Source of the DNA: Promethearchaeota archaeon
GTDB lineage: Archaea > Asgardarchaeota > Lokiarchaeia > Sigyniarchaeales > SOKP01
Assembly (NCBI GenBank): GCA_030599585.1
Contig: JAUVNS010000011.1
Span: forward strand, 32,001-96,000
Direction: 5' to 3'
Length of the DNA stretch: 64,000 bases
Below, piece after piece: positions 47,808 through 58,554 of the stretch. The notes under the pieces were generated by a model that searched no databases, was not told the origin of the DNA, and saw only the letters and a list, made by a program, of their open reading frames with translations. The position numbers and the translations under genes were made by a program. How positions within the stretch are numbered: position 1 is the stretch's first letter; each line of letters opens with the position of its first letter.

Positions 47808-48917
47808 ATGAGTCTGTCAGGGAAGAAAATTTGGATTGATATAGAAGAACCAAAAACAGGGATAATGTTTAAATCTCTTCTAGAAAAATTTAGAAATGAT
47901 GGAGCTGATATCCTTGTTACAGCAAGAGATTACGACTCAACCTTTCAAATTCTAGATGATTTAGAAGTAAATTATGAGAAAGTAGGGACACATGGGGGTG
48001 CCACCTTAGAAAAAAAATTAGAGTCATATATCAATCGTTTAGTGGAATTATATCCTAAGGTTGTAAATTTTAAGCCAAATTATTTTATTACATTTTCATC
48101 TGTTGAAGGTGCAAGAATCTCATATGGGCTAAATATCCCTTCAATAGGTTATAACGACGAACCTCGTAATGTTCCAGTATGTAAACTGATATTTCCCTAT
48201 TTAGATAATATTATTACTCCAATTTGTGTTCCCGAACAGCTGTATATAGACCTTCACGCAAATCCAAATAAAATATTAAGATATAATGGTATAGACGAGA
48301 TTGCTTGGTTATCGGAATATCAACCAAATCCTTCCATTCTTGATGAATTCAACTTAAAGAAAGGAGAATACGTACTTATACGAAGTGAACCCTCATTTGC
48401 AAGCTACTTTATTGATATTCTTAAGCCAGAAGAATCATTAATTAGTAAATTTTTTCCTCCAATATTTAAAGAATTTCCAAATCATAAATTTTTGATAATT
48501 GTAAGAACTAAAAAGCAAGAGTTATTTCTCAACGAGAAATTGGAGAATTACTTAGGAAATTCCAACATAAAAATAACAAGATACATGCCGAATATTGTTG
48601 ACCTATGTTTTTACAGCAGTTTAGTGATCAGCGGTGGTGGAACAATTGTACGTGAATCAAGTCTATTAAATGTACCAAGTATAGAATTTTTTCCAGGAGA
48701 GACCGCACCCCAAGAGCTTTTTTTAATAAATAATGGCTTTCCGTTACAACATATCAAAGAGATTGATGAAATTGTAAAAAAATCTTTGGAAATTCTTTCA
48801 ACAAAACCGAAATCTGATAGGTTTAACAATAGTTTTCAAGAAAAACTATTGAATTTTGAGAATCCAAATGATATCTGTTATAAATTTGTTAAAAAAAAAC
48901 TCTTGGAGCGTTCTTAG
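47808..48917 (+). CDS. DUF354 family GT-B-fold protein
   Basis: KIWID, VTARDY, VGTHGG, RSEPSFASY, ISGGGTIVRE. Confidence 0.85.
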   Translation: MSLSGKKIWIDIEEPKTGIMFKSLLEKFRNDGADILVTARDYDSTFQILDDLEVNYEKVGTHGGATLEKKLESYINRLVELYPKVVNFKPNYFITFSSVEGARISYGLNIPSIGYNDEPRNVPVCKLIFPYLDNIITPICVPEQLYIDLHANPNKILRYNGIDEIAWLSEYQPNPSILDEFNLKKGEYVLIRSEPSFASYFIDILKPEESLISKFFPPIFKEFPNHKFLIIVRTKKQELFLNEKLENYLGNSNIKITRYMPNIVDLCFYSSLVISGGGTIVRESSLLNVPSIEFFPGETAPQELFLINNGFPLQHIKEIDEIVKKSLEILSTKPKSDRFNNSFQEKLLNFENPNDICYKFVKKKLLERS

Positions 48918-50023
48918 AGAATCAAAAATTTCTCATATTCGTTTTCTAATCTTTTACCTACAGCGTTCCAACTGTATTTTTGGATATACTGTCGAGCCCC
49001 ATTAACTAATTGATTTCTTAAATCGTCATCGCTCAATAGAAGACTAATTTTCGCAGCCAATTTACCTGGATTTTTAGGTGGAACAAAAAGTGCGTGATCT
49101 TCTAAAATTTCTTTATATACTGAAATTGCTGAACATATAACAGGAGTTCCACAAGAAATAGCTTCCAAAGAGGTTAATCCAAATCCTTCAGATGAAGATG
49201 AATAAGTGATGAAGATATCTCCCATAGAAAAATAGAATGGAATTTCAGTTTCGGGGATAAAACCTAAAAAACGAACATCTTCATAATCAGCAACCCAGTT
49301 ATTGTATTCCTTTTCCATTAAAAAATCAGGTTTTCCACCAATAACTAAATTGAGATTAGGGTTTTCGCTTTTAACTATCCTATAAGCTTCAATAATACTT
49401 TTCACACCCTTATATTGTGTTATTCTTCCAACGTACAATAAAACGGGTCCATGAATACTTAGTTTTTCCTTTAACTTTTGAGCTTCATTAGGATATGGTT
49501 TGTATTTTTCATCAATACCATTGTAAATCGTTTGAATTTTATTCTTGTCAATATTTGGAATAAAATGTTGAAATTCTTGTTTAACAAAATTAGATACTGT
49601 CACTATTGAAGATGCTCTTCTTGAAACAAATTTAATTAAGAGCTTTTCTAATGGAATTTTTGTGAGTTGTGTTTCAAAAGGAGTAAAATCGTGAATTGTA
49701 CATATGAATTTTTTCTGACGAGATAAAATCACTGGTAAGGCAGCCTTTGCGCTATTTGCATGCACAATATCGAATCTATTTCTTCTTAAGTATCTGATGA
49801 CTTTAAAATAAAAATGAAGCACCCACAGAAACCTTTTTTTAATTAGATCAAACTGAATAATGTCTGGAGTATCTAAGTCTTTATTCCATTTACCGGTGAC
49901 TAATTTAACGCTATGCCCTTGTTTTTTTAAATATTCAAAAAGTGCTCTTATGACTTTTGCCTCTCCATCCACGCTATCTGGTGAAACAGTTAAAGAAATA
50001 AGGCATATTTTTAGTTTTTTCAT
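48914..50023 (-). CDS. Glycosyltransferase family 4
   Basis: TIHD, IYNGID, YVGRITQYKG, EGFGLTSLEAISCGTPVI. Confidence 0.93.
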   Translation of the reverse strand: MKKLKICLISLTVSPDSVDGEAKVIRALFEYLKKQGHSVKLVTGKWNKDLDTPDIIQFDLIKKRFLWVLHFYFKVIRYLRRNRFDIVHANSAKAALPVILSRQKKFICTIHDFTPFETQLTKIPLEKLLIKFVSRRASSIVTVSNFVKQEFQHFIPNIDKNKIQTIYNGIDEKYKPYPNEAQKLKEKLSIHGPVLLYVGRITQYKGVKSIIEAYRIVKSENPNLNLVIGGKPDFLMEKEYNNWVADYEDVRFLGFIPETEIPFYFSMGDIFITYSSSSEGFGLTSLEAISCGTPVICSAISVYKEILEDHALFVPPKNPGKLAAKISLLLSDDDLRNQLVNGARQYIQKYSWNAVGKRLENEYEKFLIL

Positions 50024-50060
50024 AAGCTCTCTGAGATTACCTGGGTTAATATCGCCAATT

Positions 50061-51041
50061 TCAAGTTAGCTGTTTAAATCCGTCTTCAGTTATCAGTATC
50101 GTTTCTTCGCTCTGAGCTACAAACTCCCCCTTTTTTTCTGCTAGAACATAATGAACTTGAATTTTTCCTTGTTGAATTAATTCTTGGAGTCCAAAAGCAA
50201 CACCCATTCTAAAATCTTTAGCTAACCATCTTTCTGCAAAAGGAAGCGTTTTATAATTTTTATTGATATGTCCTAGAATTTGCTTAGATGTCTTTCTCCT
50301 TAGTGGGACTCTTCCTGCGTAAGGGTTTAATTCATAGATATAAGAAGCATTTGTATTATGGACGCTTCCTTCTCCTGTTGAAGCAAAAATTTCTATGGCA
50401 AAAACTTCCCCTTCTTCCATAACATCCCCACCTTGGTTACCCAATTCAGGCAATTGTTTTTTACCGTGCACAATCCATCTTTCAATTTGATGTCCGCCTA
50501 ATTCTTTTATTGGGTTAAATTTAAATCCTTTAACGATGCTTTCAATTTTTTTTCCTAATTCCCTAGTATTGATTTTGGGTTTAGCTAACATTTTTGCTGC
50601 TTCAAGCGCTACTTCAGTTGCTTGAATTATATTTTCAAGGGATGTTTCATCATTAAAACTTACTGTAAAGGCGGTGTCAACAATGTAACCTTCGATATGA
50701 ACTCCTAAATCAATTTTCACAATATCTCCTTCATTAATGGTAAGTTCATCGTCTTTAATAGGAGAAGTATAATGAGCTGCTATATTATTTATACTTACAT
50801 TGATAGGGAACGCCCTTCCTCCACCTAACTCGATGATTTTTGCTTCTGCGCTTTTAATAAGATTAAATACATTTGTTCCAACCTTTAGTTGTGGTTTAAT
50901 GAATTTTTTTATATCTTGAGCGATTTTACCAGCTTTATTAAGAGAATCCAACTTGATTTTTTTTTCTTTGGCTTCAGTTTCTGCATCTTCCTTACTACTT
51001 CCTTGATCAGATTGATTTTTCATTTTGTTTATTTCATTCAT
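50061..51041 (-). CDS. map: Methionine aminopeptidase type II
   Basis: AFPINVSINNIAAHY, KIDLGVHIEGYIVDTA, GHQI, AIEIFA, AQSEETI. Confidence 0.95.
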   Translation of the reverse strand: MNEINKMKNQSDQGSSKEDAETEAKEKKIKLDSLNKAGKIAQDIKKFIKPQLKVGTNVFNLIKSAEAKIIELGGGRAFPINVSINNIAAHYTSPIKDDELTINEGDIVKIDLGVHIEGYIVDTAFTVSFNDETSLENIIQATEVALEAAKMLAKPKINTRELGKKIESIVKGFKFNPIKELGGHQIERWIVHGKKQLPELGNQGGDVMEEGEVFAIEIFASTGEGSVHNTNASYIYELNPYAGRVPLRRKTSKQILGHINKNYKTLPFAERWLAKDFRMGVAFGLQELIQQGKIQVHYVLAEKKGEFVAQSEETILITEDGFKQLT

Positions 51042-51261
51042 TAATATATGTTAATGTTAAAATTGATAAAAATATTTTTTAATTTAGTACATCATACATT
51101 ATAAAATAGAAAAAATAAGGTAAACATTAATAATTAAATAAAGTTAATTTTAATAGATCATCTAAGTAATTAATTAATCACTCATTACGATGATTTACAT
51201 TTGAGTGAAAATTTTTGCATGATACTAAAACTCTCGTTAAAAAGTTAGGAGGGATATATGG

Positions 51262-51633
51262 TTGTCTGAGAATATTAGCGAGCTCACGGATCTACTAAGA
51301 AAATTATCAGCAGTAAATAGTGATATAGAGGGTTCCGCTATAGTCAGTGTTCAAGGACTTCCAATTTGTTCCGTTTTAAGTCGTAATGTGAATGATGGCA
51401 TAGTTTCTGCTATGTCAGCAGCTATACAGAGCGTTTCAGAGCGAGCGGTTGAGGAACTTGATAGAGGCGAGTTAAAAAGAATCCTTATTGAAGGTCTGAA
51501 TGGAATTATTGTTCTCTCTAAAGCTGGTGAAAACGCAATTTTATGCACTCTTTGTAGCGCTAATTCTAGTTTAGGCATGGTTTTTCTAAACATCCAGAGC
51601 GTTTCCAATAGGATTGCTACACTTTTAGATTAG
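51262..51633 (+). CDS. Roadblock/LC7 domain protein
   Basis: SAIVSVQGLPICS, VSAMSAA, ELDRGELKRILIEG, LGMVF; TTG start with GGAGG upstream. Confidence 0.92.
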   Translation: MSENISELTDLLRKLSAVNSDIEGSAIVSVQGLPICSVLSRNVNDGIVSAMSAAIQSVSERAVEELDRGELKRILIEGLNGIIVLSKAGENAILCTLCSANSSLGMVFLNIQSVSNRIATLLD

Positions 51634-51715
51634 GAAACACAATTATTTTTATTTTCAGTATTAGAAAATTAAAAATTTAAGAAAAGAAAGAAAATACATT
51701 AAGTATTGTTTAATC

Positions 51716-52162
51716 TTATTTAGTCTTTAAATCCCTTGAAGGATGTTTATCGAGATATATTTTTATTACAGACATCAAACCGTTACCAATTCCTCCACCA
51801 ATAGCCCCAAATATAGCTGCTGAAAGTAAAACGAGTATTAAAAATATCCATCCAGAATCTCCTCCAAAGATTAACTCTCCAAATTGATCAAGTAAAAAAT
51901 AGACATTTCGTGTAATCAACCCAACTATAACATATATTCCCCATGAGAGAGAGACTCCACAAAAACCACTTAAGATCCCGCGTTTTAACGATTTATTAAG
52001 CATTCCTGCAATAATCCCAGGTATTATCACTAACTGCCAAACTGGAATTACAGTTAGTAACATTGTTAGGCATGAAACCGCTATTATACTTATGTAAAAC
52101 TTTCTATTTTCAATTTCCATGCCATTAACCTCCAACTGGAAAGAAATATAATTTAGATTCAA
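51716..52162 (-). CDS. Hypothetical Gly-rich membrane protein; start may be the later ATG near 52120
   Basis: About 4 TMs, GAIGGGIG; directly follows the acylase gene. Confidence 0.7.
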   Translation of the reverse strand: MNLNYISFQLEVNGMEIENRKFYISIIAVSCLTMLLTVIPVWQLVIIPGIIAGMLNKSLKRGILSGFCGVSLSWGIYVIVGLITRNVYFLLDQFGELIFGGDSGWIFLILVLLSAAIFGAIGGGIGNGLMSVIKIYLDKHPSRDLKTK

Positions 52163-54707
52163 TTGAACTAGTAGGAAAGTTGTATAATGTGTTTGAGAAA
52201 TATTGATAATGATATTTACCCTGTAAGAAAAGTTGTTCTAGTTGATCTGAATAGTGTTTTGAGTTTGAAAGTCCTCGTTGTCCTGATGGAATGACGCTTA
52301 AAGAATTATTTAAGTCGCTAAAATCTATAATTAGTCGCTCAGACGCACCGCCTCTTGCGTATCCAACTCCATTTTTTATATTGACCCCCGATGGATTGAT
52401 CGTATACCCCTCTCCATCGGCTTCATAAGGACCTTTACTTAAGAAATCTAACTGAGTAAGAGAGGTGAAGTAAACTTGATGGAGATCTCCCCACCTCCAA
52501 GTTGTTGGATCATCTGAATTATAAAAATCTTCTAACCAATCAATAGTAGCATTTAATGCTTGCATCATTACATCGTCTCTTGTTTCATTTTCAGGCGTGG
52601 AGATATCATTGAACCAGTGGGATGATTCATTTTCTTTCATTAAATACTCTAATACAACAATTCTAGAGCGTATATTAATCTCATATAATGTGGATTCATC
52701 GTCAAACGTAAAATCTTGGAAGAAATCTCTCCATTTACGATATATTGTTGGTGCGCTTTCTTCCTTGTCCATTATAAAACCCCAGCTTTCTAATTCAACG
52801 AGAACATTATTGATTTTCGTGGGAATTGTAGGACTGTAATAATCGTGAGTAACTTCAATTAACTCGGGAATGAACGCCCTCGCTGCAGTTGAGTTCACAT
52901 CGTTTTGAATATTTTTCATAGTCTCTACACTTACAGACCCATCAACAGCATTCATAAGCAGTTCATTTATTCTTCTTGCTCTATACCCATTTGCATATTC
53001 GTTTTGTAAGAAATATTTCTTGTATTCTGGACCTGCGATAATTTGGTTTGCGGAAGCTAGATATTTTTGTGAGGGATTAAGAGAGTTAGGTAATTCTTCA
53101 AAGGGGATATATCCAACCCATTCACCTTCACCGTTTGAACCGTTATAGGGGAGTGATCCGTTCCCTAAATGCCCTGGAGGTATTTTAGAATCGTCTCTAA
53201 TTGGCACTTTTCCTGTTGGTCTAATAGCAATATTTCCATCTACATCCGCGTATACGATATTTTGAGCAAGAAGAGTCCAGTATTTTGACCCCTCGTCAAA
53301 TTCTGCTCTATTATTAGCCCGATCAAATCCATTTCCAGCAAGAATATTAAAAAAATAACCGTTAGCAGTCCACTTTGGTGCCAAAACAATGTCTCCTAGA
53401 GAGGATGTCAGACCCGAATTAATTAAATCATTGAAGACAGGCCCGTGAACTGTATAGTTAACTACGAACTGTATTGTCTCTTGATCTTTAACTTTTATGT
53501 TATAAGTTTTTTGTGTATAAGCTGTCGACACCCCGTCGTAAATATAATTATTTGGTCCATCCTTATTATAATAATACCAATCTATAACATCATATCCCGT
53601 ATTTGTGAACCCCCAACCTACCCTTTCATTATGCCCTACAGCAACACCGGGCATCCCAGGTATTATAAAACCATAAACATGAAATCCTGTATCTTCAGCT
53701 TTTAAATGTTGCTCATACCATACACCCGGCATCAACCAAGCAAGATGCATATCGTTACAGAGGATTGGAGCCCCAGTATTACTCAAAGTACCGTTAACAA
53801 CCCAATTATTTGATCCGATTATTTGCTCTTTATTGTTCTCCATTAAGGTTTTCTCTGAATCAATTTCTTGAATATTTTCTAGAAAGGTTATTATTTCTGA
53901 TTTTAAAGCAGCATTTGGTTTCAAATCAATTCCTGCCTTCATAGGGCTTTCAGGGAAATCCCCGTAATCGGGAACTATTGGAATTTGATAAGGTAAAGGT
54001 TCTCCAAAAAGCTCGTTATAATATGTATAATTTAAGGATTGCAAAGTAACATATCTTTCTAAATCATGATTATTCCAAGACATTTGTCTTGCCATTTCCT
54101 GTACTAAACACAATGTGTCAACAGTCGTCCATTTAGTAGGTTTGAAATCCATTAAATGGTATTCTAATGGTATAAAATCGTTATGGGATTCAATGTAGAA
54201 ATTTATTCCATCAACATACCTTTCAAATGAACTAAAAAACTCAAGCGTTCCATTATCGTGCATTTTCCGTAATAATTCGTCAGTCTTAATAGCGGAATCC
54301 ACCATACCCCTCGCAAGCATGATTTTATCACTGGATAACATACTCTCTCCTACAATCTCTGACATTCTTCCTTGCACTTGACGACGCCACATATCCATTT
54401 GAAACAACCTATCTTGAGCGTGACAATAACCTTGAGCAAAAAAAAGGTCTTCTTCGTATTCGGCAAAAATATGAGGTATCCCCCAATCATCCCTAATAAC
54501 AGTAACCTCCCCTCTTAACCCTGCTACATTTAACCTTTCTGCTGTTGGAAGCTCTCCCGGAACTTTCCATACTCCGTTTCCCGGAAATAAGAGGCTTCCT
54601 AATGGGGGGATGCCCATTAAGGGCAGTGAAAAAATAGTCATAACGATTATTGCGAGTGGTACAAAAATAGTTAATTTTATTACAGCTTTCTTTACAAGAT
54701 TTCTCAT
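52125..54707 (-). CDS. Penicillin acylase family protein (S45, Ntn hydrolase), membrane-anchored or secreted
   Basis: RDDWGIPHI, AQDRLFQMD, GSNNWVV, NDMHL, YADVDGNI, SANQ, PSGQ. Confidence 0.93.
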   Translation of the reverse strand: MRNLVKKAVIKLTIFVPLAIIVMTIFSLPLMGIPPLGSLLFPGNGVWKVPGELPTAERLNVAGLRGEVTVIRDDWGIPHIFAEYEEDLFFAQGYCHAQDRLFQMDMWRRQVQGRMSEIVGESMLSSDKIMLARGMVDSAIKTDELLRKMHDNGTLEFFSSFERYVDGINFYIESHNDFIPLEYHLMDFKPTKWTTVDTLCLVQEMARQMSWNNHDLERYVTLQSLNYTYYNELFGEPLPYQIPIVPDYGDFPESPMKAGIDLKPNAALKSEIITFLENIQEIDSEKTLMENNKEQIIGSNNWVVNGTLSNTGAPILCNDMHLAWLMPGVWYEQHLKAEDTGFHVYGFIIPGMPGVAVGHNERVGWGFTNTGYDVIDWYYYNKDGPNNYIYDGVSTAYTQKTYNIKVKDQETIQFVVNYTVHGPVFNDLINSGLTSSLGDIVLAPKWTANGYFFNILAGNGFDRANNRAEFDEGSKYWTLLAQNIVYADVDGNIAIRPTGKVPIRDDSKIPPGHLGNGSLPYNGSNGEGEWVGYIPFEELPNSLNPSQKYLASANQIIAGPEYKKYFLQNEYANGYRARRINELLMNAVDGSVSVETMKNIQNDVNSTAARAFIPELIEVTHDYYSPTIPTKINNVLVELESWGFIMDKEESAPTIYRKWRDFFQDFTFDDESTLYEINIRSRIVVLEYLMKENESSHWFNDISTPENETRDDVMMQALNATIDWLEDFYNSDDPTTWRWGDLHQVYFTSLTQLDFLSKGPYEADGEGYTINPSGVNIKNGVGYARGGASERLIIDFSDLNNSLSVIPSGQRGLSNSKHYSDQLEQLFLQGKYHYQYFSNTLYNFPTSSIESKLYFFPVGG

Positions 54708-54955
54708 TATAAAACCTTTATAATTATAATAATATTAATCGAATTTTTTATAATAAATTCTAATATAATTCTATGTCAATTTGCTTTATAAAATATCTTT
54801 TTTTTGAAAATTAAGGGTGTTTTAAATAAAAATAATATCCAACTCTCTATTAAGACAAGAGAGAAATTTTAATCAAGAAGTAATTATAAATACAAAAACC
54901 ACAATATAATATATTAAATTTAAATAAAACTTAAAAAAAAAAATGGTTTTAAAAA

Positions 54956-55669
54956 ATGGCACTTCCTACTTCTTGGACATTTTGGTTAGAGGGATTAACA
55001 GCATCAAGCGTTATATCAGTTGGAATAATACTTGGTTTAATCTCTATTATTAAAGGTAGAAAATTAAAAGCAAAGCTTCTTACAGTTTTAGGATTAGCTA
55101 TCTTCTTTATAGGATTTTTGTACCTGGGACCAACTACAGACTTCTTAACTGTAATAATAACAGGCTCTAATATAACTAGTGAGTTTTGGGGTCTTGGTAT
55201 ATATGGGATCTTAAGCTATTTATGGATTGCTCCAGCTTTAATTATGGCAATGTATATTGGTGGAGAATTGATAATACCTAAAAGAAAATGGATACTTGTT
55301 ATTATTTACATGGTTTTAGGTATAATATTCGAATATTTTCTATGGTTTCAGACTGATAATACATTTGTTATAGATTTAATACCAGGAGAGATAATTGATT
55401 CTAGTTTTGTAACATTATATCCCACTTTTCTATTAATGGCACTTTTTATCCTTTCAATCCTAATATTTCATGGAATTGGTTTTTTAATAAAGGCTATAAA
55501 ATCAACAGGGGTACTAAGAAAAAAGTTCTTACTATTAGGAATTGGATTTATAATATTCTCAATTGCCGGTGCGGGTGATTCCTTAGTTAATCCTGGAATT
55601 GGTTTAGTTATTGTAAGATTAGCAATGATAAGTAGTATAGTATTGATGTATTTAGGATTAAAAGCTTAA
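54956..55669 (+). CDS. Stand-alone seven-TM membrane protein
   Basis: Seven hydrophobic helices, no soluble output domain. Confidence 0.75.
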   Translation: MALPTSWTFWLEGLTASSVISVGIILGLISIIKGRKLKAKLLTVLGLAIFFIGFLYLGPTTDFLTVIITGSNITSEFWGLGIYGILSYLWIAPALIMAMYIGGELIIPKRKWILVIIYMVLGIIFEYFLWFQTDNTFVIDLIPGEIIDSSFVTLYPTFLLMALFILSILIFHGIGFLIKAIKSTGVLRKKFLLLGIGFIIFSIAGAGDSLVNPGIGLVIVRLAMISSIVLMYLGLKA

Positions 55670-55682
55670 TTTATTTTTTTTT

Positions 55683-57158
55683 TTATTTTCTTATCTCTTG
55701 AACATAATCAAAAATTGTATCAATCCTATCTTTTATACTCCCGAACAACCCTTCTTCTTCAGATATTACAGAATTAATAGCTGTTTTTAGGCCGTAATGA
55801 CCCTCAGAAATTAATACTCTAATTGGAAGCGTTAAAATATCGCTTAACAACATCAAGATTTCTTGAAAAATCTTAATGATTTTTGGGATGTTTTCTTCAG
55901 TTTTTTCCATCATAGATTGATCCGAAGAAATTAAACCGTTTTCTCTTTCCTTTCTTAATTCTTCCCAAACATTGTCTTTTAACTCTGAAAAGTCAATTCC
56001 TAAATTTTCAAGTGCCATTTGGGCTCCTTCAAAGAGAAAATTAAGATCATCTTTACCTGAGAATTGTCTTACATTCTCGACCATTTCTGCTGGAGCTAAG
56101 CCATCGAGAAAACTTATTAATAATTGATGATAATCGTTTATAACATCAATAGGGATGAATAATAACACAAATTCTCTTAGCTGTTTAAAAAGATACCCCG
56201 CTGTTTTAGCAAAGGTACTATTTTTCAATGTTTTTTCGATTAACCCCCCATATTCATTAAGTAGGTGAACTGCGAGATAACCAATGATTCTTAATAAGTC
56301 GTCCTCATAATTTCTGAAATAATCGAAAAAGTGTTCTGGTTCCATGTGTAATTTATCTTCAATGATCTCAGCAACTTTACTTTGAACACCTTCTAAGGGT
56401 TCATCAAGTAGTTCCTCAATTTTATCAAGAGATAAAACTTCTTGAAGTTTATCAATAATGTCTAACTTAGTTTCTTGAACAACATCTTCTTCTATAGATT
56501 CTTCAAATTTAACTCCAGATTTAATTTTATCTTGAATTCGAACGGAGCTTAGTTCTTTCCATTCCAGAGAATCATAAATTTTACACATAAACTGAAGATG
56601 TTCATCACCTTTCGCTAAGCACTTCTGTTCTACTATGTTAATTCTATAATCGCTTCTTTTTATTTTAAGTATGAAATTAGCAACACTTTCTAACATTCCC
56701 GTTAAACCGCACGCAAGACCTTCAGTATTTTTATTGTTTATTTCTTGAAAATTGAAAGTATCTTCAGCATCTACCCCATACCCAGCACAAAGCGGACAAC
56801 TTTTTATCGTTACAAGATAATCGTTATATTTAGAGCCTTCTTTAGGAAGTTCCTCGTAAGTTAAGTCTCCCTCTTCTAATTCTTTTCCAAAAACAACAAC
56901 CCATAAAAGTTCAAAATATTCAATTATTTTTCTTGGGCTCCCAGGCATCCATTTAAAAACAGCTGTGTGACGCTCACATGATTCTGTGGCAGCCTTCTTC
57001 CCGATCTCTCTAAGTATAATAATACTGTCCTCTTCATTTTTCGTAATTTTATTTATCTCTTTTAATGTTTCACGATAAAGAAGAACGTAAAATAATGAAG
57101 TAGTGTTTCTACCAAATACTTTAGTGATTTTTTTTAATAACCACTGAACTGCTCCCAT
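55683..57158 (-). CDS. V4R/Bet3-like domain protein with long helical C-terminus
   Basis: LREIGKKAA, SCPLC, ACGLTGMLE, EQKCLAKGD. Confidence 0.7.
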   Translation of the reverse strand: MGAVQWLLKKITKVFGRNTTSLFYVLLYRETLKEINKITKNEEDSIIILREIGKKAATESCERHTAVFKWMPGSPRKIIEYFELLWVVVFGKELEEGDLTYEELPKEGSKYNDYLVTIKSCPLCAGYGVDAEDTFNFQEINNKNTEGLACGLTGMLESVANFILKIKRSDYRINIVEQKCLAKGDEHLQFMCKIYDSLEWKELSSVRIQDKIKSGVKFEESIEEDVVQETKLDIIDKLQEVLSLDKIEELLDEPLEGVQSKVAEIIEDKLHMEPEHFFDYFRNYEDDLLRIIGYLAVHLLNEYGGLIEKTLKNSTFAKTAGYLFKQLREFVLLFIPIDVINDYHQLLISFLDGLAPAEMVENVRQFSGKDDLNFLFEGAQMALENLGIDFSELKDNVWEELRKERENGLISSDQSMMEKTEENIPKIIKIFQEILMLLSDILTLPIRVLISEGHYGLKTAINSVISEEEGLFGSIKDRIDTIFDYVQEIRK

Positions 57159-57160
57159 TA

Positions 57161-57661
57161 TTAAACACCTCCCCCCTCAAATTTAAAGCTTTGAATACAA
57201 GATTTATGTCCAAATGTTCGAGATTCAAGAATGTTAAGTGGTTCTAGTATTAATGAAGATTTTTCTTTATTTATGTAAGTTATAAATTCTGATATCATCG
57301 CTGCAATAATTTCACAACCCGCAACATCGATATCATTTATATGATATTTGCACAATGAACAATCGTTGTCTTGAACGGTAATCGTTTTGTTAGGTTTATC
57401 GATTTCAATTGAAACTGAACTATTTAAGATATGTTTATAGATTGTAGTTATGACATCTCTCACATTTGATAAATTGATGTGATCTATCGGTTTCCAATAT
57501 TTTACATAAGTTCGGGCAATATTTCGTCCCATTCTCCTTAAATTTTCTCTTGTTTCTGACACACCGTTAATTTTCATAAACCGTTGTAGGTGATAAACCA
57601 TATTACGCATTTGATTCATTGTAGCATCTGACTGTATCAAATCTTCTCTGGTTAAGTTCAT
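57161..57661 (-). CDS. V4R/TRAPP Bet3-like small protein
   Basis: LRRMGRNIA, DCSLC, GCEIIAAMISE, ESRTFGHKSC. Confidence 0.7.
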   Translation of the reverse strand: MNLTREDLIQSDATMNQMRNMVYHLQRFMKINGVSETRENLRRMGRNIARTYVKYWKPIDHINLSNVRDVITTIYKHILNSSVSIEIDKPNKTITVQDNDCSLCKYHINDIDVAGCEIIAAMISEFITYINKEKSSLILEPLNILESRTFGHKSCIQSFKFEGGGV

Positions 57662-57836
57662 TCTTCACACACCATAGGGAAATGTAGTTGAATAATAAAT
57701 GAAAAATAAACATCATTATTAATATTTTCAATTCGAATCACATATGATTAGTATGTTTTTCAAGGTAAGATTATAATCTCGAAAATCATTTATAGATATG
57801 ACAATTTAAATTTCAAAAAAAATCGAGGTAAGAAAT

Positions 57837-58484
57837 TTGGATGCTCAAATGGAAATTTTTTGGTTAGGCCATGCCTGTTTTAAAATAAAAATGTTTAGCG
57901 GTAGGATTATCTATTTAGATCCTTATAACATTAAAGATGGAGAAGAAAAAGCTGATATTATAGTCTCGTCTCACACACATGGAGATCATTTTTCGAGATC
58001 GGATATTAAGAAGATTTGGGGAGATGATACGATTTTATTAGGTCCTGCTAGTATTGAAAGTAGTTTGAAAAAATTTAATGGACAAGCTTTAGAAATCGGT
58101 GAAGTGTTCGCTTATAAAGATTTTGCCATAGAGCTTTTTCCAGCATATACAATTGAGAAAAGTACCCATCCTAAAAGCAATAATTGGACGGGAACCATAA
58201 TAGAATCAGCAGGTAAAAGTATTTATCATGCCGGTGATACTGAAAGAATCCCAGAAATGAAAGATCTAAAAAAAAGAAACATAACTGTCGCACTACTTCC
58301 ATGCGGAGGAACTTATACTATGGATTTCGAAGAAGCTTCTGATGCTGCTGTAGATATCCAACCTGAAATAGTTGTACCAATGCACAATTGGGAAAAAGAT
58401 TTAAATTCATTTAAAGACATTATGGCGAAGAAAGATTCTAAGATAAAGGTAGAAATTTTAACGGAAAAATTCTTGAAAATTTAA
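57837..58484 (+). CDS. MBL-fold metallo-hydrolase
   Basis: WLGHA, LDPY, SHTHGDH, YHAGDT, VPMH. Confidence 0.92.
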   Translation: MDAQMEIFWLGHACFKIKMFSGRIIYLDPYNIKDGEEKADIIVSSHTHGDHFSRSDIKKIWGDDTILLGPASIESSLKKFNGQALEIGEVFAYKDFAIELFPAYTIEKSTHPKSNNWTGTIIESAGKSIYHAGDTERIPEMKDLKKRNITVALLPCGGTYTMDFEEASDAAVDIQPEIVVPMHNWEKDLNSFKDIMAKKDSKIKVEILTEKFLKI

Positions 58485-58554
58485 AGTTTTATTTTTTTAT
58501 TTTTCCTTAAAGCTAAAAGATATTTTGATTATTAGTTTATAAAAATAATTTAAA

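Noticed and set aside
54956-55669. Microbial rhodopsin or heliorhodopsin
   Set aside because: No Schiff-base Lys in the middle of TM7.
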